Positions 26,701-38,478 of a DNA stretch of 64,000 bases are shown here, in pieces. The notes beneath the pieces are model-generated. The model was not told the DNA's origin. It did not search any database and saw nothing but the letters and a program-made list of their open reading frames with translations. The first letter of the stretch is position 1; each line of letters opens with the position of its first letter. Source of the DNA: Geosiphon pyriformis uo1 (taxonomy: Eukaryota; Fungi; Glomeromycota); contig JAAOMT010000436.1 in the NCBI GenBank assembly GCA_016748015.1, positions 2,129,037 to 2,193,036 of the forward strand, read 5' to 3'. The position numbers and the translations under genes are program-made.

Positions 26701-27538
26701 TTCGAGTTTGATACTCCAATAGTGGTATCCACTCTGGTTTTTCCAGCTCTGTTATTGTGGTACTAAGATCTTACTTCATGAAAGCTCTCCATCATAGGCT
26801 GCCTATGGCTGTGTGAAAGAAATGATACAAACCAAGTTATTCTAGCATGGCATGTATCTGTTGTGGTTTGGTTGAAGATTTTGACCATATGTTTTCATGT
26901 GTCTAGAATACTGATGTCAAGCGAAAGTTAATTTCTAACATGATTAAAACATAAACTAGCTTGCCTGGAATCAGTAATGTTAATTTGCTGTGACTCACTC
27001 CTTGCATGATGCTAAACTGTCAGATAGTTTGTATATGACCCTGGCCAAAGGTTTTATGTTGAAGGAATGGATGGCTGACACAGTGCATTTGTTAGGCCCT
27101 GGATCTGATGGGGGTTTGTTGGTTATTAATTTGGTCTGTGAGTTTGCAGAAGGTCATCAATCTTCTATTTGGATACTGACTGCCAAATTGAGGATGTATT
27201 ATGAGAAACATGGCCTCTTGCCAAGGGATAGCTTTGTGTGTTCTGACCATATCTGGTCTGGTATTTGTGTGGTCTCGTAAAATGGTTTTTGATTTTGGGA
27301 TCAGGTTGGACATACACATTTGTTTTAGTTTGTATCCTAGTTTAGTGAGCTTGTATTTTGGTTTTCTGTGTGACTTTTCTGTGCTGGAAGATTTGGGTAT
27401 ATAGTATTGCCTTGACTTGGCCCAAGTGACCAGTCACATGTTAACAATGCGTGAGCCACGTTTAATTTAGAGTCTTGTTAATCTTATATACTTAGGTAGT
27501 AGTTGAACTGCACTCATAAAAGCTGAATAAAAAAAAAA
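20728..27538 (+). mobile_element. LINE copy 4, full-length and best preserved (ORF1 ~20848-22721; ORF2 22718-~27404)
   Basis: ORF1 with RRM-like segments and a degenerate CCHC knuckle (CERCGMFGYSVLKC). ORF2: APE (MSDLIWKITTCNI..., GDFN, SDH), RT FVDD at ~25019, RNase H YTDGS at ~26114, KVKGHSG.VGN..AD. Poly(A) 27529-27538. Candidate 14-bp TSD aattaaattttaaa at 20711-20724 and 27537-27550. Confidence 0.95.
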
Positions 27539-28622
27539 TTAAATTTTAAATTTAATTATTTAAATTAACAATTTATAAAAAAATAATATTTTGAATTAAA
27601 TTAATTAATTTAATATATATAAATAATTAATATATTTAAATAGTTTTAATATAATATATTGATTTAATATAATTTAACTATATATACAAATTTTTTGTTA
27701 ATTTAAAAAAGTATTGATTTTATATTAAATCAATTTTTCTTTATAGCTTTATAATAAACAAATAATTTTTTTTTATATTTTTCTCATTTTTTTTTAAGTT
27801 CTAAATATTTGTTATTAATATTTTAAATATGTTTTTATATTTAAATTTTTTATTATTTTATGTTTTTTAAAATATATATTATTTATATTTTATATTATGT
27901 TTTATTTTTACAAATATGTTATTAGTTTTATTACTTAATTTTGTTTTTATTATAATGTTAATTAAGTAATAAAATAATTATATTATTAAAGATATAATCT
28001 TAACAATAATAATTTTAATTAATATATTTTTAATATATTTTTTTATAAATTTTTTTATTTTTATTTTTTATAAACTGGATTTTTAAACATTATATATTTT
28101 TAATAACTAATTAAAAAATTCTGGTCATAATTTTATTAAATTAGTTTTAATTTCTGATTAATTGTATTTTTTGTGTTTTAATTGTTTTTTTTATAAAATA
28201 CTAAAACTGATTTTTAAAAATAAATAATAATAATAATTTTTTTTTGTTTTTTTAAAAATTAAAATAATTTATATATCTATATATATATTATAATTAATAA
28301 TTATATATATAATTATGTATATTTTTTGATAAAAACATTGTTATTTGTTAAGAAGTTACTAAATCTGTATTTTTTATCAGATAATACTAGTAATAATAAA
28401 AACAACCAAAAAAATAACAATAAAAAAACCATTAAAATAGAAGTTTTTAATATATTTTATATTATTATTATGAATTTTTTAAATTATGTTTTTATAATAA
28501 AATTATTTTATTATTTAATTACTTTTTTAATATAATTATTTGGTTGTTTTATAATTTTTAATATAAAACTTACTAAAATTAATTAAAATTAAATAATTAT
28601 TTAATTAAATTAATTAAATTAC

Positions 28623-28663
<41 letters not shown>
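28623..28663. repeat. (ATT)n microsatellite in an AT-rich desert
   Basis: About 13 consecutive tta/att units. Confidence 0.85.
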
Positions 28664-28670
<7 letters not shown>

Positions 28671-29189
28671 ATACTATAATAATTAATTATTTAATTAAAT
28701 AGCCAAAAATTAAAATTATTAAAGTAATTAATGCCAAATTAATAGCTAATTTTGTTAATTTATTAATATAAATATTTAAAAAAATTATATTAAAATTATT
28801 TATATAAAAAATTGAAAACAAAGTATTATTATATTAAATTAAAACAAAAAAATAATAAAATAAACTATTTTATATTTATTAAGTATTTGATAATAAAATA
28901 TATAAATTGTAACTAATTATAATTATTAAATATAATTTTTATTAAAATTGGTAATTAAATTAAAAATAATTAATATTAAGTATTAAAAATTATTAAATTA
29001 TTAAATTTTTGGTTTTATATAAAAACTTCAACAAATTTTTTAAATAAAACCAATTCATAATAATATTAAATACAAAATAATACTAAAAAAATTATTTATA
29101 ATATAATTATTTTATATTAAATATATAATATTAATTTTATTATTTAAATTAATAATTTTTAATTATAACTATTAACAAAATGCTAATTT

Positions 29190-31638
29190 CTTATTTTTTT
29201 TTTGTTTTTGTTTTGTTTTTGTTGAATTAATTTATTAAAAAAAATAAGTATTAAAATTATAATATTATAAATAGCTTAATAAAAAATACATAGAAAATAA
29301 AATATTGATTTTATTTAGTTTTTTTAATAATTATATTAGTTTTATTATAATTATATTAATACTCTTTGTTTCCTTAATTTTATGATCACAACCAGAGCAA
29401 AAAGTAAAAAAGCTGCACCTAATATCTGTTTTAAGATATCTAATAAAATTTCAACCAGAGAAGTTCTTTCTGTTGTAAAAGCAATTAGGCAAAATATTTT
29501 AAAAGTCTTTTTTTTACTCAGTAATTGTAATAAGCTGCTTTTGGTAGCCACTGAAACAACTTTCTCATCTTTGACTGGTTTTTTACCAGTCAAAGTTCCC
29601 TCAAAAAACACACTTGGGTTAGTTTTAGTGTTGCCACCACCCCAACTAAGAACCCAAAAGTTTTTAATAATAGATCAGTAAATAAGCTGGTTTTCTTCTC
29701 TATAGATTCAGTACTTAGTGCTATTAGCACTACCTTTTCAAAAAAAATGGTCAAAAAGACCAAAGGTTCAAAAAAGTGAGAACAGTCGCTTGCTTCTGCT
29801 ATTGTTACACCAAACTCTTTTGTGGTTTCTAATGAGATCTTAGATGAAATCTCTATAGCATTATCCAGTATGTCATTCAAGATAGGCTTAGATCAACCAC
29901 TGGCTATGTTGCCAAATATGGTGTCTTTTGATAGATCATTGCTGGTTTTAGAAGCAAAATAATCTCTTCCTGTTAGGTTACCTGTTCTTAAAAACTGGGC
30001 TAATTAAATGAAAACTGAATTATCTTCTCCTCTAGTTTCTGGTGCTATTTCTAATAGTGCTTGGGAAATTATTACTGGTCATTAAAGGTTTGCTGGGTGG
30101 ATGGCTTTTACTCTGGTGCATGATGTTACTTTTAAGATCAAATTGGCTCATGTTAAGGCTGTTTTTCAGTTAGTACATGGTTTCTTGGGTGTGAAGTTAG
30201 TATCAAAAGATAATGTGAAGCTGTTTTGTGTAGAGTTTGCTTCTCAAGTGTTTTTGAAAGCTGCATTTTTGGTTGAGCTTACAAGCTTTGTACAATTGGC
30301 CACTCTCAAAATTGCCAAGTTTTTGGTAATTTCTGAGTTTGGTTCTTCTTTTGCTGCTGTTGTGCTGTATAATGTGCCCTTAGATGTGTCTGCTGCTAAC
30401 ATTAAGATGGCTTTTGGTGTGTTTAATAGTGTCACTTATGTTGTGCTAAAGCCTGTTGGCATTTAATAGTATGTGGTGGTTTATTTTAAGAAGTTGGACT
30501 CTGCTGTGTCTGCTTTAAATTATTGATCAGTCTTAGTGGGCAAAGATAGTGTTAGAATCCTTCCTTTTGTGAATCAACAGGAAACAATTGTGTCTTATGA
30601 TAGATTTAAGGCCAAATTAGTTAATCTTCTTCTTGGTTGTACTGTTTTTGAGATCAGTAATATGGTTTTTCAGGTTGGTGGTCGGACATGTTTCATTCTT
30701 CATTCTCCTGAGTCTGGTCATCATTTTCGGTTTGCTTTGATTATATTTGGTTCTTAGGTTGATTTGAATGTTGTAGTACTAAAAACTGGTACACTAAGAA
30801 AATGCTATATTTAGTGGAAAACTTCTGGTTGCCAGCATTGTTTTCAGTGTCAAAAGATAGGCCACTTAGCTGTAGACTGCAAGATTGCTTTACTTTTCTT
30901 TTCTAGAGCTCCCAAGATGTTTAAACTACATTTTGTCAGTTCTTTGTCTTATGTAAAGGCATCTGTTTCTTCTGTTCTTTCTGAGTTTTCTCCTTTGGTG
31001 GCTTTTGTTTCTTTTGTAGTTGTTGAAAATTCTTTGGTGTTTTCTTGGCTGGCATCTCTAGAATCTGATTTGGCCAAGCTTTCTGTTTTGGTTGAATCTA
31101 TTGTTAAGCCTATTGGCTCTATGATCAAAGTTTTTGAACAATTTGTTAATGGTAATCTGGTTTCAAGTTCTGCTCTTGGCCTTAGAGTTAACAAAGTTTT
31201 GGTTCACATAAGTGCCTTTAGCAGAGCTGTTGGTAAGTTAAAGCGAAAAGTGATCACTCTGAAAACTGAATGTGGTTTTAAAGACATTAATATGTCTGGT
31301 CCTTATGTAGATTTGTCATTTTTTAATGATGATATGTTTTCTAATTTGATGTCTCTTTGAAAACATAAATCTGCTGCTGTAAAGACTGATGCCTTCAAAA
31401 TGGCTGAGTGGTTGGTTGGTTTGGTTAATAATAGTATCACATTATTTGAGATTGTTCAAAGGATGTCTTTTTTAAGTAAGTTTTCTTCTAAAGTATCAAC
31501 ATAATATAGTCTGAACTGGCTTGAGTAGCTAGTTACATGTAGTAAGTATGTAAACCATATTTAGCCTTGGATTACTTAGTTTGGTTCTAATTTCTAAATG
31601 GTGGTTGGGTCATATTCATTAAACTCATAAAAAAAAAT
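29190..31638 (+). mobile_element. ORF1-only non-autonomous non-LTR element (HAL1-like), copy A; single ORF pseudogene 29382-31504
   Basis: ORF1-like protein (RRM-like blocks, WSVLVGKDSVRI homologous to LINE ORF1 .SFLIGKNSVHI, knuckle CFQCQKIGHLAVDC). It is followed directly by the LINE-family 3' UTR and an A-tail at 31629-31637. No EN, RT or RH. Confidence 0.85.
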
Positions 31639-31699
31639 ATATTAATTATAATATTTGAATTAAAATTGGCTATAAAAAGCAATATATATTTTTTTAAAT

Positions 31700-33338
31700 A
31701 ATAACAATAATAACATATTTATTAAAACTGGTTTTAATTAATTATTAGCTATATTATTTAATTTATCAATTTTTATTAATCTTTAAAACAAAACAAATTA
31801 TGTTTTTACACATATTTTTAACCAATAAACTTATTAAGTTGATTTTAAAGATTAAATTAATTAAATAAAAACTAAATTTACTTTTTTTTTAATAATAATA
31901 TTTTTAATAATACTTAAAAAATAATTATTAGTTATTAAAAATTCTTTAAATAAATAGTTTTTATTTTAATGCTTAATGTTTTTTTAAGATTAAATTAGTT
32001 TTTATTAAAACTGTTTTTCAATTTGTATATAATTTTATTAATATAAAATCAATATTTAAGAATAATATAAAACTGTTTTATATAAATTTTGCTTTTTAAG
32101 CTTTTTTAAATACTATATTTTAAATTGAATTTGTTGGTTTTATTTGTTTTTTACTTTGAAAATTTTAAAATTTTTAATAATTTTTGAGGTTATTTTTTTT
32201 GCTAATATTTAACAATATATTATTGTTTATTTTAAATTTTTTATTGTAATTATAACTGTTTTTAATTGTTAATTAGTTTTAATAACTAAAAATAATATTA
32301 AAATTTTTTTTATTAATTATAAAAAAGTTATTATTTTCTGTAATTTGTTTAATATTAAGTTGGTAAATTTTTTTTGGATATATTATTTTTAAAATTAGTA
32401 AGTTGGTTTCTCAAATTTGTAAGTATATTTGTTTTATTCTTTATTTTTTTAATTTTGTATAATAATTAAAATATATATTTATTATTTTTGGTTTTTAAAA
32501 AAACCAGTATTTTAAAAAAGTATTATATTTGATAAAAAAGTCTTAATTATTAATATTGTTTTAAATATTAAAATTTGAATTATTTGGTTTCTAATTATAA
32601 AATACTTTTTTTTGTTTTTTTAAGTCTATTCAAATCTGTAATTGGTTTTAAGATTTTAAATTTTATTTTGTTAGTATTAAGTCTTATGTTAAAACTTTTG
32701 TTTTATTGGTTTTTTTTACTGATGTGCTTTTAACTATTTTTATTGTTGCTGCTGTTGTTAATTCTGTTATTGGTTTTAAATTGGCTTTTTTGAAATTTAA
32801 GTTGGCTGTATTGGTTTTATTGATCAAATTTATTGTTGAATCTATTAACACTTTGGTTTTTTGGTAAAAATTGGTTGGTAATTCTTTTGCTTTATATACT
32901 GAATTAAATAAAAAGTGTCTTAAAATTCAGAAAAATGTTACTACTTTTAATGATGAATTGAACAGAATGTGTAAAAAGGTGGGTAAGCTTAAAGCTAAAT
33001 GTGCTAATAATGATAAAAACATAAAAGTTCCTGGTAATAATGTCAATAAAAAAATATTTGCTCAAATGATGGCTCTTTAAAAACTTCAGGCTCCTGAGAT
33101 TAAGTTAAGTGGAGATAACACTGCTAAATAGATGAGTAAAATGATCATAAATAACTGTACTTTGGTTGCATATATGCATAAGATGTCTTTTCAGAATAGG
33201 TTTTCCTTATTAGATTCAACGTAGTTTAGGGCTCGTGTGGGTCACACGTAGAAAGCGCGTAAGTCACACTTAATTTAGGACACTTAATTTGTCGTATTGT
33301 ATTAGGTAGTTATTGGGCCTCACACGTTAAATAAAAAA
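31700..33338 (+). mobile_element. ORF1-only element, copy B (divergent; 5' part eroded to AT)
   Basis: 32560-33224 is colinear with the C-terminal part of copy A (..SYVK.., KLK..C, final tca acg TAG vs tca aca TAA), then a related 3' UTR and an A-tail at ~33329-33340. The 5' boundary is uncertain. Confidence 0.7.
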
Positions 33339-33544
33339 AAGAGAATTAAAATGTGTATGGTAAATATTTTTGTTAACTTAAAACAGAAACATTAACATCA
33401 CAAATTTTGCTAATAAAATAATGAAAAAAGACAGCTTTGTATTCACATTCTTGAATACCTAAGACGCTATGTGCTGGTTATGTATATTCCAAAACTAACT
33501 CTTAATTCTATTGATATATTAAACCTGAGCATAATTTCTTTGGA

Positions 33545-34400
33545 TCATTTATCAACGGTGCTTGGGCTTCGTGGTGAGGGAATTTCTGAAATATCTTCAA
33601 TCCAGGTACCAATGGTTCCTCCGTCATCACTATTGACTATCGTATAGGTGTTAAAATATTTGAATAAAAGCTCAATAGTAGAAGGATCCATATTAAAGTG
33701 AAGAGCCAATTTCTGGGCAGTCCATTCATTAGGAGCTGATTTTCTTAGTTCAAACAAATCTCGCAATTCTCCCACTGTTAATCTGTCTTTAACATCTTCT
33801 TTTTCACTTTCTTTTTCAGTAATAGACTTTCGATGTTTAAGAATGGCTCGCATGCTATCCGACTTTAAATACACCCAGAAGGGTTGTCGGTGGGCAAAAT
33901 TTCATTCAAAAAAATTGGTTAATTAATGCAAAGTGATGAATAAAACTGAAAGTATCTAAAATTTTTTGATTCACCTGTTGAAAAGGTGTCTTGCTTGGTA
34001 GTACATTTACTTGTCCTATTGTTGACAATTTGCGCAAGAAATCCGGGTCTTTCCCATCAGCTTCAACTGCTTTGGTTTCAGCGCGCGCATACGTAAAAGT
34101 ATAATATAGTAAAGTTTTCCAAGTTTATCAAGGGTTTGCAATTCGATCCAGGAGCCACTATTTTTACTTCTATTTCCTTGAACTACCTTGATCGCGAGAC
34201 AAGCTAACCAAGGAAGGTTTTTTTCCTTGATTGATATTAACAGTTTGTCGCTCAGTTCCAGCCTCAATTCTTTCTTGAAATTTGTTAAAATTATTTTCGT
34301 GTAGGCGAAACGATCGTCCCTCTGTTACCCAAGACTTTACATTATTAGAAACTTTTTCTGGGAATTTCCGAGCTGCTGAACGTGAAATTTTCGCGCCCAT
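33545..34400 (-). CDS. NDUFAF4: NDUFAF4-like (UPF0240) mitochondrial complex I assembly factor, ~207 aa, 3 exons: 34400-34187, 34066-33975, 33862-33545
   Basis: MG.. N-terminus (myristoylation-type); C-terminal NEWTAQKLALHFNMDPSTIELLFKYFNT resembles the NDUFAF4 motif. GT..AG introns keep frame (214+92+318 = 624 nt). CpG retained. Confidence 0.72.
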
Positions 34401-35302
34401 TAAAAGAATTTAAATTAGAAATCAAAGGGGAACTTATGTTCACAATAAATCTAATTGATAATCTAAATTCAATTGGTTAAATTCAAAAATTCCTGGATAA
34501 TGTTATTGAGAATTTTTCTTTCCCTTCCAATGCACGTGGAAGAAAAATAGTGCTTTCGTTCTTTTCAACCTTTGGTTGTCACCACTACCTCCGTCGGGTC
34601 GACTTGCAGAGTTTCATGGTAAGAGATAAGTTAATAAGTTACTGCTAGGTAATGGTGCTAGTGAATTAATTGATTTGGCTAAAAGGTCAGAAACCTAGTC
34701 GGTGGGATGTTCGAGTTCCAAGTACGAATGACCAAGGCAAATGGGAATATTTATTTCTTTACATATTATAAAGAATATAAACCTGCTACAGACCGGGAAA
34801 AAACTTGAGTGAGGTAAACCAAATTGGTTGAGTCGTTATAGTAGGTGCGCATCACAATACTAAAGCGTTTTTCTTCGGATTACAATACGATGATCTCATT
34901 TTACACAAATAAGAAAATATCTCTTTACATAATTCATTCTTGGTCACGTATAGGGTCACATATTGGTTCTGTTACAGAGCGTTAAGCCTATACAAGTTCA
35001 ATGGCGCTTAAAAGAACTGTTTGGCGTGAATCATTAATTGTAAAGTAAATCATCGAATCTCAATCAGAGAAGAGGAACAAGAAACTTGGTCATTAAACTA
35101 TTATAGAAATATCATAAAATTTAATGGAATACTTGATTTTAAATTTGTTGTGCCCTTTACTAATTTCGACCCAAAGGGTGATAATTTGAGTCTTGAGATT
35201 TTACAGTTCGAAACAATAAAAAGACGATGAAAAACGAAAAGTTGCAAATTCTTTGTGCTCCTGACTACGATTTCAAGGTTTGATAGACAAATCATCTCAA
35301 TA
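34401..35302. promoter_or_regulatory. Divergent (bidirectional) promoter region, CpG-retaining
   Basis: Lies between two head-to-head ATGs; CACGTG E-box at ~34533; gtcacgt/ggtcaca motifs at ~34943-34960. Confidence 0.55.
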
Positions 35303-36601
35303 ATGTCTAGGGAAGCAGAACTTCAAAAGCGGAAGTCAAAGCTGCAAATAGCAGGGCTTACTTGCGCAAACTGTCGCAAAACAAGTGAAGAAGCCGGGGT
35401 TATGGCTTTATCACGTTGCGCTCGTTGTCGAATGTTGTATTATTGCTCAAAGAGTTGTCAAAAAGCTGACTTCTCTGACCATAAAATGTTCTGCAAAGCC
35501 GTTCATGATTTATGGGAACTTAAAGAGTGGGACCCTTGCGAAGGTGACGAGTCCAAGTGGAATAAACGCGTAGTAGACCAAATCACTTGTTTAGGCTTAG
35601 ATCTCGACCGTCCTCTTGATAATTATGAAAGAAATTTCATACTCTACCAACCGAAATGTCAAGTGTGTTTTGTGACCCCGATGGAGCTTGAAAAACCACC
35701 CAAGATGATCCCATGTTCCGAATGCAAAATTATCTTGTGTTGCTCGAATCAACATTGGGAAATCCATCGTAGTCGACATCAAAGCCATTGTTCAACATAT
35801 AAAATCATGATAGAATGTGAAAATATCATTTATGATATGGTCGATGGGATCGAAGGGACGGCATGGGCTCAAGAAGAATGGGATGAAAACAAAAAGTTTC
35901 CCCCATTACCAAAAGATTGGCAAAGTTACTTTGAATGGAGAAACGCCCCAATGTTCTCAGATTCTTTTGCCAAAATAGTAACAAATTCATTATCACAGCC
36001 ATTGACTATTCTAGCTGCCCTTGAAAAGTTTTATACGCGTGATCAAATAAATTCATTTGATGAATTGATTATACACATAATTGGTGCCGGGCAATACGAG
36101 ATTATGTCTTTAATGGCGTTTGAGGAGTTGATGCACGTCCTTCCCAATATTCGAATTCTTAGTCTCGCGCTAATCGGATTTGAATTACCAAATATCAGCT
36201 CCAGGATATCCATGGGATGTTGCCCACGGTGTACTAAGGCGAAGAGAAAACGTATTTCTTCGATACATCCCACTTCTTATCATCAATACGCTGAATCTTT
36301 GGATTATTGCGCCCCTCATCTCGCTGTCGGCTTTAACACAGGGCTTTATGAGGACGACACACAACATTGGGAGCCTACAGTTAGATCTCTATTGCAAAAA
36401 AACATACCATGTGTGTTTACCTCCTATTCTAAAGAGGAAGCCAAGCAAGACTTGCAAACCCTGAAAGATTGGGGTGCGAAAATTATTATTGGCAACAAAG
36501 AAAACAAATGGCGAAGTACTGTGCCCATTGTAGAGCCACAGATTTTGGATAGGTTCTTTTACAATAATTATTATAGAACATTGTTTCGTGGCAAAAAATA
36601 A
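35303..36601 (+). CDS. MYND zinc-finger / MSS51-like (ZMYND17-type) protein, 432 aa, intronless
   Basis: CANC..CARC..YYCSKSCQKADFSDHKMFC (MYND); a second CxxC..CxxC..CCS..H..H..C finger; C-terminal IHIIGA..E / AVGFNTGL / VFTSYS..EA / EN.WRS typical of the MSS51 C-terminal domain. First ATG at 35303. Confidence 0.85.
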   Translation: MSREAELQKRKSKLQIAGLTCANCRKTSEEAGVMALSRCARCRMLYYCSKSCQKADFSDHKMFCKAVHDLWELKEWDPCEGDESKWNKRVVDQITCLGLDLDRPLDNYERNFILYQPKCQVCFVTPMELEKPPKMIPCSECKIILCCSNQHWEIHRSRHQSHCSTYKIMIECENIIYDMVDGIEGTAWAQEEWDENKKFPPLPKDWQSYFEWRNAPMFSDSFAKIVTNSLSQPLTILAALEKFYTRDQINSFDELIIHIIGAGQYEIMSLMAFEELMHVLPNIRILSLALIGFELPNISSRISMGCCPRCTKAKRKRISSIHPTSYHQYAESLDYCAPHLAVGFNTGLYEDDTQHWEPTVRSLLQKNIPCVFTSYSKEEAKQDLQTLKDWGAKIIIGNKENKWRSTVPIVEPQILDRFFYNNYYRTLFRGKK

Positions 36602-37424
36602 TCATTCAATCGTTATTAAAAGAATCTTGTATGCACTTTTAGATAATTAAAATAAATCGAACTGGACTATCTGTCTTGTATAATGTTTCCTTATGGCGTA
36701 TAATTTATTTAATATGACTATTTCATGAAACCAGGAAATTTCGCGATCTTTAATGTAATTATCCCCTTGTTCCCTCACCTTACCCAAAAAGAGAAACAAA
36801 ACTTCCAAAAGCACAATTAGGATTGAAAAAATCATGTGTTAAATTTAAAGACAATTAACTTTTAACAACTGATACTTGAATAACTATATTTCTTGAGGCG
36901 ATACTTATATAAAGTTAAAGGAATGATGTTATTGATAAAGAGCTTGCAGAAATTCATCAAGAAATCGAGACCTTTTTTCAATGATCAATAAATCCTTATA
37001 TCTTAATTAATGCATTTTGATCTTTATTTGAGCCCAAAGATACATAATCTTCAGGTTTGTGAATTGTGAGAGAAATAAAATAGGAGGTTGAGATTGAAAT
37101 GCCGAAAGATATTTAGCAAAGGAGTGATTAATATTTACTGTATTTGATCGAGTTAAGATTAGGATTGTTTTCTTCAAACATATACTTGAATATATATGCG
37201 CTTATTGCTGAAAGTATTCAGAATCTTAATTAATCAATGAAAATTATTATTAAAATTATTTCAATCAATTTAATCCATAAAATAAAGTAATCTAGATTGA
37301 AATGATTTATTTAATAAATAATTATTCAAATGAAATAAAAATCTAGATTTATATTTAAAGAAAAATATCATTCAAAAGTATTTATTATCTTAAAAACATA
37401 TGATCAAAAATTAATTACAATATA

Positions 37425-37560
37425 TATATTTTTATTTATTGATGTAGCTTTTTTACTATCTATATATATAGTTTATAAATAAATATAAGTTACATCTTTT
37501 TTTATATGTGACTAGTTATTTAAACTTACACCAAGTTAAATTAAGCACAAAAATAACTTT
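37425..37560 (-). mobile_element. Eroded LINE-family 3' UTR remnant
   Basis: Reverse complement contains taactagtcacatata...tagatagt..., followed by an A-rich tail. Confidence 0.45.
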
Positions 37561-38478
37561 TTTATATTTATTTTACTAATAAAATAATTTATATTTATAT
37601 TTTTTTATACAAATTTCTTAATTTAATTTTGGTATCTTTTTTATTAAACTTTATTATAAAGTTTTATTAATTCCAAAAAACATTAATTAATTAAATTTTA
37701 CACTTATTAAAAAATTTATTTATTTTAAAAAAATATATTTTTAATTAAATTTAAGTTTTTACTATTTTTTAATTTTATATTAAGCTTTTTTTTATTGATT
37801 AACAGAAAATTAACATAAATAATCAAAAAATTAATAATTTTATTAAATATAACTTTTTTTAAAGTACTTAAAAATAACAATAATTTATGTTGTTATTTAT
37901 TTTAAAATTTAAAATTTTTGTTTTTATTTATTTAAAAAATATTTTTAAACCAAATTGATTGATTTTTTTTGGTTGTATAATTTTTAAGATTAATAATATA
38001 ATTGTTTAAATATATTATAAAAATATTATAAAATATTATAAAAAATAATAATAAAAAAAAATTTATTTAGATATTAAAAAAAAAATTTTTATATATCTTT
38101 TAATTAAAATAAAAACAAATTAGAAAGCTAATTACTAAGACTTTAATATTATTTATTTATTAATTTCTTAAATATAAAAAAAATAAGTTTAATAAAAGTT
38201 TTAAATCTGAATTTTGAAAAAATAAAATTAATAATTGTTATAGTAATATTAATAAAAATACAAATCTTAAGAACATAAAAATATTTGTATAAAAAAAACC
38301 AGTTTTATTAATAATAAAAAGATAAATAAATTTGAATTTATAAATAATATAATAAAACTATTTGTTTTTAATTTTTTAAGTAATAATAAGATTTTTAATT
38401 TTTTTTAGTGTTTAACAAATTAAAGTCTTTTGTTTTACTTATTAAAAAATAAATAAATAATTAGACTAATAATAAAAA

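Noticed and set aside
28326-28535. 69-aa ORF (also 19186-19452 and 36647-36835)
   Set aside because: Low-complexity F/I/K/N composition expected by chance in AT-rich DNA.
34650-34725. tRNA gene (gttcgagttcc T-loop-like)
   Set aside because: No acceptor stem or cloverleaf could be built.
35255-35302. N-terminal extension of the MYND gene from a GTG start
   Set aside because: The ORF-finder start is non-ATG; the first ATG at 35303 has good context (A at -3).
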